From contig JBAZUF010000001.1 of NCBI GenBank assembly GCA_041661505.1, positions 241,576-305,575 on the forward strand: DNA of 64,000 nt. The letters are read 5' to 3'. The notes beneath the pieces are model-generated. The model searched no databases, was not told the DNA's origin, and saw only the letters and a program-made list of their open reading frames with translations. This document shows, in pieces, positions 27,555 to 36,053 of this stretch. Position 1 is the stretch's first letter, and each line of letters opens with the position of its first letter. The stretch is from Patescibacteria group bacterium. GTDB taxonomy: Bacteria; Patescibacteriota; Patescibacteriia; Patescibacteriales; JBAZCA01. Both the position numbers and the translations under genes were made by a program.

Positions 27555-28115
27555 ATGCCAAAAAAAACCCTTTTAAAAGAGCAGCGCGAAGAACTGCTGG
27601 AGAGTTTAAAAACCCGTTTTGAAAAAAATATGAACCGCCATAAAGGCCTTGAATGGGCAAAGGTAAGAGCAAGGCTGGAAGCTAATACGGAAAAACTGCG
27701 CTCGCTTTATGAGATGGAAAGAACCGGCGGCGAACCGGATGTTGCCGGCTACGATAAGAAGACGGGCGAATATATTTTTTATGATTGTTCCGCGGAAACT
27801 CCCAAAGGCCGCCGGAATATATGCTACGACCAAGAAGCGCTGGAATTAAGAAAGGAGCACAAACCAAAAGACAGCGCGGCTCATATGGCCGCGGCCATGG
27901 GCATTGAACTTTTAACGGAAGAAGAATACAGGGATTTGCAGAAACTTGGGAATTTTGACGCGAAAACGTCAAGCTGGGTGAAAACGCCTTCCGGGATCAG
28001 GAATTTAGGCGGCGCCCTTTTTTGCGATCGCCGCTACGGCGCTGTTTTTACCTATCACAACGGCGCGGAATCTTACTACGCCGTTAGAGGGTTCCGCGGT
28101 TCGCTAAGGGTCTAA
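27555..28115 (+). CDS. DUF4256 family protein
   Basis: 186 aa, MERTGGEPDV…CSAETPKGRRNICYD…MGIELLTEEEYR…KTSSWVKTP…YHNGAESYY, recalled as the DUF4256 pattern. Confidence 0.75.
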   Translation: MPKKTLLKEQREELLESLKTRFEKNMNRHKGLEWAKVRARLEANTEKLRSLYEMERTGGEPDVAGYDKKTGEYIFYDCSAETPKGRRNICYDQEALELRKEHKPKDSAAHMAAAMGIELLTEEEYRDLQKLGNFDAKTSSWVKTPSGIRNLGGALFCDRRYGAVFTYHNGAESYYAVRGFRGSLRV

Positions 28116-28198
28116 GCGTATTTCGCGCCCGTCGGTTAATCCGTCTGAATGGGCGGGTTTGAATCTCTATCGCCATATACCTTGACAGCCATAGTAAT

Positions 28199-28552
28199 AT
28201 GATGTATGGTGTAGTTATGAATAAAAAAATATCAGCGGACTTGCTTCGCGGACACACGGACACTATCATTCTCGGACTGCTTCTGGGTGGCGATAAATAC
28301 GGCTACGAAATTATCAAGCTCGTATTCGAACGCTCGGATCAGCAATACGAACTAAAAGAAGCGACTATGTATTCCAGCCTAAAACGGCTGGAAAATGATG
28401 AGCATATTGCTTCTTACTGGGGGGATGAAACCCAGGGCGGCAGGAGAAGGTACTACCGTATTACCAAAAGCGGCCGCGAATTATATAAAAATAATAAGCA
28501 AAGCTGGAATTTCGCGAAACAAATTCTGGATCAGTTAATTATTAATCAATAA
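28199..28552 (+). CDS. PadR-family transcriptional regulator
   Basis: 117 aa, LLRGHTDTIILGLLLGGDKYGYEIIKLV…EATMYSSLKRLENDEHI…RRRYYRITKSGRE. Confidence 0.9.
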   Translation: MMYGVVMNKKISADLLRGHTDTIILGLLLGGDKYGYEIIKLVFERSDQQYELKEATMYSSLKRLENDEHIASYWGDETQGGRRRYYRITKSGRELYKNNKQSWNFAKQILDQLIINQ

Positions 28553-28555
28553 ATT

Positions 28556-29428
28556 ATGAATGAGAAATTAACAAACTATTTGAACGGCGTTTTCGCGCCT
28601 TATGACGGGGTAAAAAGCGTGGCCGAACTAAAGGCCGACCTGCTCTCCGATTTACAGGAGCGCTACCGTGAATTCGTAGCCGGGGGCAAGGACGATGAAA
28701 CGGCTTTCGAGATGACCATAGACAGCATCGGCGACATTGAGCAAACAGTACAGGATGTCGCAAACCTCTCCCTCTCCCTGGAGCGCCAGGTATTAACCAA
28801 CTTTAGCGCGAGCAACCTAGCCAAGAGCGACTTCGCCGGCGTTACCGCGCATAATGGAAAATTTAAAGCCAGCGCGTTGCGCGGTTCCGACTTTTCGGGA
28901 GCGGACCTTACCGGCAGTTCGTTTAAAGCCAGCGACGTGCGCGAAGCCAATTTTGACGGCGCCAATCTCACAGACTGCGACTTTTCTACTCTTAACCTTA
29001 CGGACGCGAGCTTCAATAAAACTATTCTTGTGCGCACCAAATTCAGTACGTCAGACCTTACCCGGGCAAAATTCACCGATGTAAAACTGATTGACGCGAA
29101 GCTGACGATGACCGATCTCCGGAAGACAGTCTTTTTAAACTGCACTTTTAACGGCGTGGACTTCAAACACTGCGACCTGCGGGGGATGCGCCTGGACGGC
29201 CTTGTCTTTATCGGCGTCAAATTTGACGGAGCAAGCTTGAATGAAGCTACGTTTAAGGGCGCGACATTGAGAAATGTATCTTTCCGGCCGGCGTTTTCCT
29301 TAACCAATAAAAACTATCGTGCCATGAAGACTATCAACTTTGACGGCGCGATGATGGATAAATTAACTTATGCCGCGCTTAAAGGCTTAGGAGTTGATTT
29401 TGATTTATCAAAGGTTATTATTATTTGA
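28556..29428 (+). CDS. Pentapeptide-repeat protein with a PadR-associated N-terminal helical domain
   Basis: 290 aa with about 30 tandem A(D/N)LxX pentapeptides (…GADLTGSSFKASDVREANFDGANLTDCDFS…). It starts 1 nt after the PadR stop. Confidence 0.85.
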   Translation: MNEKLTNYLNGVFAPYDGVKSVAELKADLLSDLQERYREFVAGGKDDETAFEMTIDSIGDIEQTVQDVANLSLSLERQVLTNFSASNLAKSDFAGVTAHNGKFKASALRGSDFSGADLTGSSFKASDVREANFDGANLTDCDFSTLNLTDASFNKTILVRTKFSTSDLTRAKFTDVKLIDAKLTMTDLRKTVFLNCTFNGVDFKHCDLRGMRLDGLVFIGVKFDGASLNEATFKGATLRNVSFRPAFSLTNKNYRAMKTINFDGAMMDKLTYAALKGLGVDFDLSKVIII

Positions 29429-29541
29429 AGGATGAATATGTAAAAAATCGAACCCTTTTTTAATTTATGGCGTTTGTGAATTCGGGGATTACCCCGGCGG
29501 ATATTCGGAAACTCTCCGCGCAAGCTAACAAAAATCAGAGA

Positions 29542-29565
29542 ATGAGCTGAAAGGCTCATTTTTTT
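29542..29565 (+). terminator. Rho-independent terminator after the pentapeptide gene
   Basis: Stem ATGAGC(29542-29547)/GCTCAT(29554-29559) followed by a T-run. Confidence 0.75.
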
Positions 29566-29567
29566 AT

Positions 29568-29614
29568 TTGACCCGAAAATTGGTTAGTGCTATCATATCA
29601 TTATAAATTGATAT
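29568..29614 (+). promoter_or_regulatory. Promoter plus inverted-repeat operator upstream of arsR-like gene
   Basis: TTGACC (29568-29573), 17-nt spacer, TATCAT (29591-29596). The inverted repeat ATATCA(29595-29600)-N8-TGATAT(29609-29614) overlaps the -10. Confidence 0.55.
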
Positions 29615-29621
29615 TATTTTT

Positions 29622-29936
29622 ATGAAACCGCTTTGTTGTTCAAACAAGGAATTGACTAAAGAGTTCGCCAATTTGGCGAAATTTTTGCGTCTTATCGGAG
29701 AAGAAAACCGGCTAAAAATCATTTGCATTCTAAAAGACGGAGAGCGTTGCGTCTGTGAAATTGAAGAGTATCTGGATTTGCCCCAAAACCTCGTTTCCGC
29801 CCACTTAAAGGCTTTAAAAAATTTAAAGCTTGTGGAGAGCCGCCAAGAGTGGAAAAGAATATACTACTCAATAGATAAAAAGACATTTAAAAAATATAAT
29901 TCATTATTAACCAATTTTTTAAAAAACTATATTTGA
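29622..29936 (+). CDS. ArsR/SmtB-family metalloregulator
   Basis: 104 aa, LRLIGEENRLKIICILKDGERCVCEIEEYLDLPQNLVSAHLKALKNLKLV (wHTH with a CVC metal/As site). Confidence 0.9.
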   Translation: MKPLCCSNKELTKEFANLAKFLRLIGEENRLKIICILKDGERCVCEIEEYLDLPQNLVSAHLKALKNLKLVESRQEWKRIYYSIDKKTFKKYNSLLTNFLKNYI

Positions 29937-29943
29937 CGAAATT

Positions 29944-30249
29944 ATGAGTAACAAAATCGAGAGTGTCCAAGTTTTTGGCTCGGGTTGTCCGACCTGCAAA
30001 AAGCTGTTTGAACAGACTAAGCAGGCTGTTGCGGGTTTAAATTTGGGCATAGAAGTTGAATATTCGGACGATATTCAAAAGATAATGTCTTTGGGCGTGA
30101 TGTCCAGCCCGGTGTTGGTAATAAATAATAAGGTTATTTTAGCCGGGCAATTGCCCGGGTTAGAAAAAATAAAAGAAATAATAGCCGCCGAACATAAATC
30201 CGCCCCGAAAGAAGAAGGCGGCCATTGTTCTTGCGGAGGCAAGTGTTAA
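29944..30249 (+). CDS. Small thioredoxin-fold redox-active disulfide protein (TM0996/MTH895-like)
   Basis: 101 aa with VQVFGSGCPTCKKL…GVMSSPVLVINNKV and a C-terminal Cys cluster CSCGGKC. Confidence 0.85.
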   Translation: MSNKIESVQVFGSGCPTCKKLFEQTKQAVAGLNLGIEVEYSDDIQKIMSLGVMSSPVLVINNKVILAGQLPGLEKIKEIIAAEHKSAPKEEGGHCSCGGKC

Positions 30250-30252
30250 TTT

Positions 30253-31281
30253 ATGAACATATTTTATCCCGTACAGTTATTCGCCGAATGGGTTTCTTTT
30301 GAAGTTTTTAATCTTTTGCCAGGCACTTTAGCCGGAGAAGCGGTTAATTTTTTTATCTTTGACACGATTAAAGTATTTCTACTGTTAGCGGTTATTATTT
30401 ATATTGTATCACTTGTTCGCACCTATCTGCCCCCGGAAAAAATCCGGAATATTTTATCGCGTAAGAATAAATATTTAGGCCATGTATTGGCCAGCCTATT
30501 CGGTATTATTACGCCGTTTTGTTCTTGTAGCGCCGTGCCGTTATTTTTGGGTTTTGTTGAAGCGGGTGTGCCGCTCGGCGTGACATTCTCCTTTCTTGTT
30601 TCTTCTCCTATGATCAATGAAGTCGCCTTAGTTCTGCTCTTAGGAATGTTTGGCTGGAAAATTGCTTCTCTTTATGTTTTAAGCGGTCTTTTGATCGCCA
30701 TTTTTTCCGGGGTAGCCATCGGCTTTTTTAATGTTGAGCATCTTTTGGCGGATTTTATCAATAAAAACCGGGCCAGTCAGAACACCATGCCATTAATGCA
30801 AATGACATTTAAAGACCGGCGGGAATATGCCTGGAATTACGTTAAAGATATAATTAAAAAAGTCTGGCCCTATATTATTGTCGGAATTGGCCTCGGAGCC
30901 TGGATCCACGGCTATGTGCCGACTGATTTTCTCGCTAAATACGCCGGAGCCGACAAATGGTATGCCGTGCCTTTCGCGACTTTAATCGGCATTCCGCTAT
31001 ATTCCAATGCAGCTGGCATAATTCCTTTGGTTAGCGCTTTGACTGAAAAAGGCGTAAGCATGGGAACTACTCTGGCTTTTATGATGGCGGTTACGGCCCT
31101 TTCCCTTCCCGAATTCATGATTTTAAAAAAGGTGATGAAGACCAGGCTGATTATTATTTTCGCCAGCGTCGTAGGAATCGGGATTATTTTTACCGGCTAT
31201 ATGTTTAATTTTGTCTTAAATAATGATTCAACTCTTAACAAAAACTTGGCCCATAAAATTCCGGTTCAGGCTAACAAATAA
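30253..31281 (+). CDS. Permease of the ArsP/YraQ (PF03773-like) family
   Basis: 342 aa, polytopic, with the signature PFCSCSAVP. Confidence 0.82.
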   Translation: MNIFYPVQLFAEWVSFEVFNLLPGTLAGEAVNFFIFDTIKVFLLLAVIIYIVSLVRTYLPPEKIRNILSRKNKYLGHVLASLFGIITPFCSCSAVPLFLGFVEAGVPLGVTFSFLVSSPMINEVALVLLLGMFGWKIASLYVLSGLLIAIFSGVAIGFFNVEHLLADFINKNRASQNTMPLMQMTFKDRREYAWNYVKDIIKKVWPYIIVGIGLGAWIHGYVPTDFLAKYAGADKWYAVPFATLIGIPLYSNAAGIIPLVSALTEKGVSMGTTLAFMMAVTALSLPEFMILKKVMKTRLIIIFASVVGIGIIFTGYMFNFVLNNDSTLNKNLAHKIPVQANK

Positions 31282-31297
31282 TTCTTCTAAGAAACCC

Positions 31298-31795
31298 ATG
31301 CTTATGAAAAAGAAAATTCTTTTGTTTTCGTTAATTATTATTGCTCCTTTGCTCTTAGCGGGATGCGAAGGCGAAAATAAAACATATTACTTTGATAAAG
31401 ACGGAAACATGACCACTGAAAAATCAGCGGAAACTGAAGTTGTTCCTGCGAGAGAAATTCCGGCCGATAAAGTCCAGGTATTTCTTTTCCATGCGGCCCA
31501 GCGCTGCGCTACTTGCATTGCCATAGGCAAACTGGCCGGAGAAACAGTAAACGAAAGATTCCGGGACGAGCTTAAAGCGGGAAAAATTGAGTTTAAGGAA
31601 ATAAATATCGACCTGCCCGAGAATAAGGAATTGGCGTTAAAATTCCAGGCCAGCGGGTCGGCGCTTTTTTTAAATTCTAACTACAACGGAGAGGATCATA
31701 TCGTCCAAAACACTAAAGTCTGGCAACTGACCGGCAATCCGACAGCATTCAAGGACTACCTTGAAGGACGGATTAATGCTTTACTCGGAAAATAA
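31298..31795 (+). CDS. Lipoprotein with thioredoxin-like CxxC (ArsF-like family)
   Basis: Lipobox LLLAGC, then VQVFLFHAAQRCATCIAIG…QASGSALFLN. I chose the start at MLMKKK (31298) over the track start 31223, which overlaps the permease. Confidence 0.7.
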   Translation: MLMKKKILLFSLIIIAPLLLAGCEGENKTYYFDKDGNMTTEKSAETEVVPAREIPADKVQVFLFHAAQRCATCIAIGKLAGETVNERFRDELKAGKIEFKEINIDLPENKELALKFQASGSALFLNSNYNGEDHIVQNTKVWQLTGNPTAFKDYLEGRINALLGK

Positions 31796-31798
31796 TCT

Positions 31799-32515
31799 AT
31801 GGATTTTATCAGTGCCCTAATAGACAATTACAATATCCCCCTGCTTACCGCATTTTTACTAGGCATTTTGACCTCTATCAGCCCATGCCCCTTGGCGACC
31901 AATATTACGGCAATCGCCTACATTTCCAAAGAAATTAAGACAATAAAAAACACTTTATTGAATGGCTTATTTTACACATTTGGACGAGGCGTAAGCTACA
32001 CTCTGCTGGCGACTCTCATTTACTTTGGCATCTCTTCTTTTTCAATTTCAAGTATTTTTCAAGGCTGGGGTGATAAAATTCTTGGAGTCGCGCTCATCAT
32101 AATCAGCCTCATAATGTTTGGGGTGATAAAAATAAACATAGGATTAAAAAACAAAAAGTTTGACGAAATAAAAGAATGGCTTTCTAAAAAAGGCTACATT
32201 GGCTCCATGCTCCTCGGGATGTTGTTTGCCCTAGTATTTTGTCCTTATAGCGGAGTATTGTTTTTCAGTGTTCTTATCCCCTTGGTCTTAAGTTCAGCCG
32301 AGAGTCTGCTATTGCCTCCTATTTTTGCCCTCGGAACAGGTTTGCCGGTTATTGTCTTTTCCCTGTTTTTAGCTTTTAGCGTTAATAAAATCGGAAAAAT
32401 GTTTAACGCGCTGCAAAAAATCGAAAAAGTAATGCGCTACGCCATTGCTTCAATTTTTATGCTGGCCGGAATCTATTATCTGCAATATTTGATCACATAC
32501 CTAGCAAACTTATAA
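31799..32515 (+). CDS. CcdA/DsbD-like thiol-disulfide membrane transporter family protein (ArsG-like)
   Basis: 238 aa with 6 TM helices and SISPCPLATNITAIAYI, a CcdA-type Cys-Pro motif. Confidence 0.72.
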   Translation: MDFISALIDNYNIPLLTAFLLGILTSISPCPLATNITAIAYISKEIKTIKNTLLNGLFYTFGRGVSYTLLATLIYFGISSFSISSIFQGWGDKILGVALIIISLIMFGVIKINIGLKNKKFDEIKEWLSKKGYIGSMLLGMLFALVFCPYSGVLFFSVLIPLVLSSAESLLLPPIFALGTGLPVIVFSLFLAFSVNKIGKMFNALQKIEKVMRYAIASIFMLAGIYYLQYLITYLANL

Positions 32516-32634
32516 GCAACGGGGTTGAATTTGAATGCCGCGGAGAAATAGACCGGGTAAGTCTCCATGTCAGGTGCTTATTGTTATTTTAGCCTTAAAG
32601 ACTTATGATATAGGTATATAAATAATTTATATTT

Positions 32635-33105
32635 ATGGAAACCAGCCCAAAAAAATTCGTAATCAAAGAAAAATATTCCTGGGAAGAGTTCGAGCGCGAC
32701 GTTAAAATTCTCGCCGATAAAGTTAAGATGGATTATCTTCCTGACGCAGTCGTCGCAATCGCCGAAGGCGGCTGGGTGCCGGGCAGGATTATTAAAAAAT
32801 ATATTAAAGCCGATTATTTCTCTATCGGCTGCCGGCACCATGACGAAAATTACGGCGAAATGGAAGAGGTGCAGGTTTACCAGGAAATAGATAAAAAAAA
32901 TATTTTCGGGAAAAAAATCCTGGTAATCGATGAAATTTGCGATTCGGGAAAAACCCTGAAGAAAGTCTCTGAAATATTAAAAGCTATGGGTCCGCAAGAA
33001 GTCCGCTCGGCGGTTATTCACGTAAGGCATTCTTCGGCCTTCGCGCCCGACTATTTTCTCGAAAAAAAATCAAACGATAATTATATCGTTTATCCCTGGG
33101 AATAA
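32635..33105 (+). CDS. Purine phosphoribosyltransferase (Hpt/Xpt-like)
   Basis: 156 aa with the PRPP-binding loop KILVIDEICDSGKTL. Confidence 0.85.
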   Translation: METSPKKFVIKEKYSWEEFERDVKILADKVKMDYLPDAVVAIAEGGWVPGRIIKKYIKADYFSIGCRHHDENYGEMEEVQVYQEIDKKNIFGKKILVIDEICDSGKTLKKVSEILKAMGPQEVRSAVIHVRHSSAFAPDYFLEKKSNDNYIVYPWE

Positions 33106-33145
33106 TAAATTGGCGAGGGTTGAATTTCAAATAGCCTCTTGGGGG

Positions 33146-33946
33146 CTATTTTTTATTAAGAAGCAATTCAAATTGTTTTTCACTGCTTTTGCACTGGCAG
33201 TCCGAAGAAAAAACGTGGCGATCGGCGACAGCTAAAATTAATTCATAAAGAGGCTTTTTAACTTTTTCCATGGCCGCGCCTATTTCTTCAATATTTAAAA
33301 GCTCATTACTGGCGCCGGCGGCGAAATTGGTAGCAATGCAGATTGAGGCGTAGCAAATTCCGGCTTCGCGCGCCAATGCCGCTTCGGGAAATCCGGTCAT
33401 GCCTACTAAATCCGCGCCGATAGACCTGAAAAATTTTATTTCGGCGGGCGTTTCAAACCTTGGCCCTTCGGTAACGATGAGCGTTCCCTTTTCATGAAAC
33501 GGCATATTTTTTTCTTTAGCCGCCTTTATTAACTCTTGCCTAATTATTTCGCAATACGGATTAGTCAGGTCAATGTGTACGACGCCTTTTTCGCCGTCAA
33601 AAAAAGTTCCGCTCCGGGATTTCGTAAAATCAATAAATTGGTCGATAAACACTAAACTTCCTGGCTTCATTTTGGTGTTAATCGCACCAACCGTATTGGT
33701 CGCCAGAATCGCTCTTACCCCGATTTTTTTCAGGGCAAAAATATTGGCCCGGTAATTAATTAAATGGGGCGGCAAATTACGCCCTTCCCCGTGGCGGTTT
33801 AAAAAAGCCAACTCAATCCCTTTGTATTCTCCGGTCTTAATTTTTACCTGTCCGTAAGGAGTTTTAACGCTGCGATCAGTAAAATTTATGCCCTCCAGGC
33901 CGTAAAACCCGGTTCCCCCGATAATCGCCAGTTTGATTTTATTCAT
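33146..33946 (-). CDS. mtnP: S-methyl-5'-thioadenosine phosphorylase / purine nucleoside phosphorylase family
   Basis: 266 aa, IIGGTGFY…FLNRHGEGRNLPPHLINYRANIFALK…ATNTVG…VGMTGFPEA. Confidence 0.85.
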   Translation of the reverse strand: MNKIKLAIIGGTGFYGLEGINFTDRSVKTPYGQVKIKTGEYKGIELAFLNRHGEGRNLPPHLINYRANIFALKKIGVRAILATNTVGAINTKMKPGSLVFIDQFIDFTKSRSGTFFDGEKGVVHIDLTNPYCEIIRQELIKAAKEKNMPFHEKGTLIVTEGPRFETPAEIKFFRSIGADLVGMTGFPEAALAREAGICYASICIATNFAAGASNELLNIEEIGAAMEKVKKPLYELILAVADRHVFSSDCQCKSSEKQFELLLNKK

Positions 33947-34052
33947 AAAGCACTGCTTAAATCTTTCTTATTTTATCTGATATAATTGATTTTGTACAGT
34001 TGAAAAAACAGACGGCAAAAATCTCGTCTATCTATTAGGAATTACTCGGTAT

Positions 34053-34871
34053 TTATCGTCCGGTATGGTTTCGGAAAAGATAAGCCGTGATCGGCGCGGA
34101 AACAGCAATAATGCCGGCGCTCCAGACGATTGAAATCCAGGCGTGGCTGCCGACCGGCAGGCCGTTCATTAAGGCGCGCACCGCCTCAATTACGTGCGTA
34201 ACCGGCTGATTTTCCGCGAAAACTCTTAAAAAACTCGGCATAGTTTGCGTGGGTACAAAAGCGGCGGAGGCGAAAGTGAGGGGGAAGACGACGAAAAAGC
34301 CAAGCCATTGCACGCTTTCAACTGATTTAGCGATGAGTCCCAAAATGGCGGCGATAAAGGACATGCTCAAAGTAAATAAGAGCAGCAGCCCGGCAATCTC
34401 GAGCCATTCGCCAAGGCCGGCGGTCGGACGAAAACCAACCAGAAAGCCGACAGCGATCATAACCAGAGATTGAATTAGATTCCGCGCGATATCTGCAACG
34501 ATATGCCCGAGGATCGTGGCCAGGCCGAAAATCGGCAGGGATTTTAACCGATCAATGATGCCGCGCTGGAGATCGGCCGCGACGCTTAAAGAGGTGGTTA
34601 AGGAGCCGAAGGCCACGCTCTGGATTAAAATGCCGGCGACCAGAAAATTTACGTAGTTAATCGGGCCGGTGTTGATTGCCCCGCCGAAAACATAGCGGAA
34701 AAGAAGCATAAACATTATCGGCTGGATGGTCAGGCCCATTATTTGGTCGCGGTTTTTTAAAATATGCATCAAACTGCGTTTAATTAAAACCCAGCTATCA
34801 AGCAAAATAAAATATAGCTTGGAGCGCTTCTGCGGCTTGTATCGTCCTAATGGGTAAATTTTATCTTCCAT
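34053..34871 (-). CDS. ABC-2 type exporter permease (DrrB-like)
   Basis: 272 aa with 6 TM helices. It overlaps the upstream ATPase gene by 11 nt. Confidence 0.85.
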   Translation of the reverse strand: MEDKIYPLGRYKPQKRSKLYFILLDSWVLIKRSLMHILKNRDQIMGLTIQPIMFMLLFRYVFGGAINTGPINYVNFLVAGILIQSVAFGSLTTSLSVAADLQRGIIDRLKSLPIFGLATILGHIVADIARNLIQSLVMIAVGFLVGFRPTAGLGEWLEIAGLLLLFTLSMSFIAAILGLIAKSVESVQWLGFFVVFPLTFASAAFVPTQTMPSFLRVFAENQPVTHVIEAVRALMNGLPVGSHAWISIVWSAGIIAVSAPITAYLFRNHTGR

Positions 34872-35832
34872 TTTTTTGGCTGTTAGCTTTATTATTTTCT
34901 TCAGCGGCCATGCGGCCGGTTAGATGCAGAAAAACATCATCCATAGTCGGCTTGTCTAAGGACATAGAACTTATTTCGGCGCCGCTTTGGGTAATGTAAT
35001 TTAAAACTCTCTGTATCTCCGGCACGCTTCCATCCGTTGCCAAACTTATGCTAAGTTCCTCCGAATTGGTTTGAATGCCTTCACCCTTAATCGTTTGCGC
35101 GATTTTTTCAAAATCGTTTTTTTTACCGATGGTCAATTTTAGCCGCTCTCTGCCGACAAGATTTTTTAACTCTTCCGGCGCGCCTTCGGCGATAATTTTG
35201 CCTTCGTCCAAAACCGCGACCTTATCAGCTAAAAGATCCGCCTCCTCAAGGTATTGCGTCGTCAAAAGAATCGTGGCTTCGGAATCAACTAATTTTTTTA
35301 TTATCTCCCACATCGCCATCCGGCTTCTTGGATCCAGCCCGGTAGTCGGCTCATCAAGAAAAATTACGGGCGGCGCGGCTATAAGGCTTAAAGCCAAATC
35401 CAGGCGCCGGCGCATGCCTCCTGAATAAGTTTTTACCGCCCGGTTTTGCGCGTCAACTAAGTCAAATTGCTCAAGCAGTTCAACGGCTCGTTTTTTTGCG
35501 CCATTATAGTTTAGATGATAAAGCCGTCCCATCATCTCTAGATTTTCCAGGCCGTTAAGATATTCATCAACAGCGGCGTATTGGCCGGTTAAGCCGATGC
35601 TCTTGCGTACTTTTTGGGGATGCGACGCGACATCAAAGCCGTTTACCGCCGCCTTGCCGGCATAGTCCGGAAGAAGAGTGCTTAGTATGCGGATGATAGT
35701 GGTTTTACCGGCCCCATTCGGACCCAGTAAGGCCAAGATAGTTCCTCTTTCAACCGCTAAATCCACGCCTTTTAAAACCTCAATGCCTTTGAAAGATTTC
35801 CTTAAATTTTCTGCGTAAATGGCCTGATTCAT
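34861..35832 (-). CDS. ABC transporter ATP-binding protein (DrrA-like)
   Basis: 323 aa with Walker A GPNGAGKTT, signature YSGGMRRRL and Walker B VIFLDEPTTGLD. Confidence 0.92.
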   Translation of the reverse strand: MNQAIYAENLRKSFKGIEVLKGVDLAVERGTILALLGPNGAGKTTIIRILSTLLPDYAGKAAVNGFDVASHPQKVRKSIGLTGQYAAVDEYLNGLENLEMMGRLYHLNYNGAKKRAVELLEQFDLVDAQNRAVKTYSGGMRRRLDLALSLIAAPPVIFLDEPTTGLDPRSRMAMWEIIKKLVDSEATILLTTQYLEEADLLADKVAVLDEGKIIAEGAPEELKNLVGRERLKLTIGKKNDFEKIAQTIKGEGIQTNSEELSISLATDGSVPEIQRVLNYITQSGAEISSMSLDKPTMDDVFLHLTGRMAAEENNKANSQKNGR

Positions 35833-36053
35833 ACAATTTTTTTCTAGCAGTTATAAAAATAAAATTTATCGCCGTCTTTCGGCCGCTAATATAATCCGCG
35901 AGTTAATGCCCGGTCCGGATTCGCCGGTAATTTAAATACGACGTTTAAAGCCCGCCATATATTACCGAAGACCTGCGGCTTTTTAATGTCCTCCAAAACA
36001 AAAAAGCGCCCTGATAATTTTCAAAGCGCTTAACTTATTTTATCCGGTGATTA

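Larger units (their letters stand above)
26858..32520 (+). mobile_element. Probable degraded genomic island adjacent to tRNA-Gln (all genes on the + strand; no integrase seen)
   Basis: It starts at the tRNA 3' end and contains a truncated RhuM-like fragment. The cargo modules (DUF4256/PadR/pentapeptide; ArsR/Trx/permease) are typical of accessory DNA. Strand polarity switches relative to the flanks. Confidence 0.4.

Noticed and set aside
32523-33135. Direct repeat GGGTTGAATTT flanking the phosphoribosyltransferase gene (32523 and 33120)
   Set aside because: It is only an 11-nt exact match in AT-rich DNA, and several such pairs within about 600 nt are expected by chance in 64 kb. It has no similarity to the tRNA-Gln 3' end, so it is not a convincing att or TSD pair.
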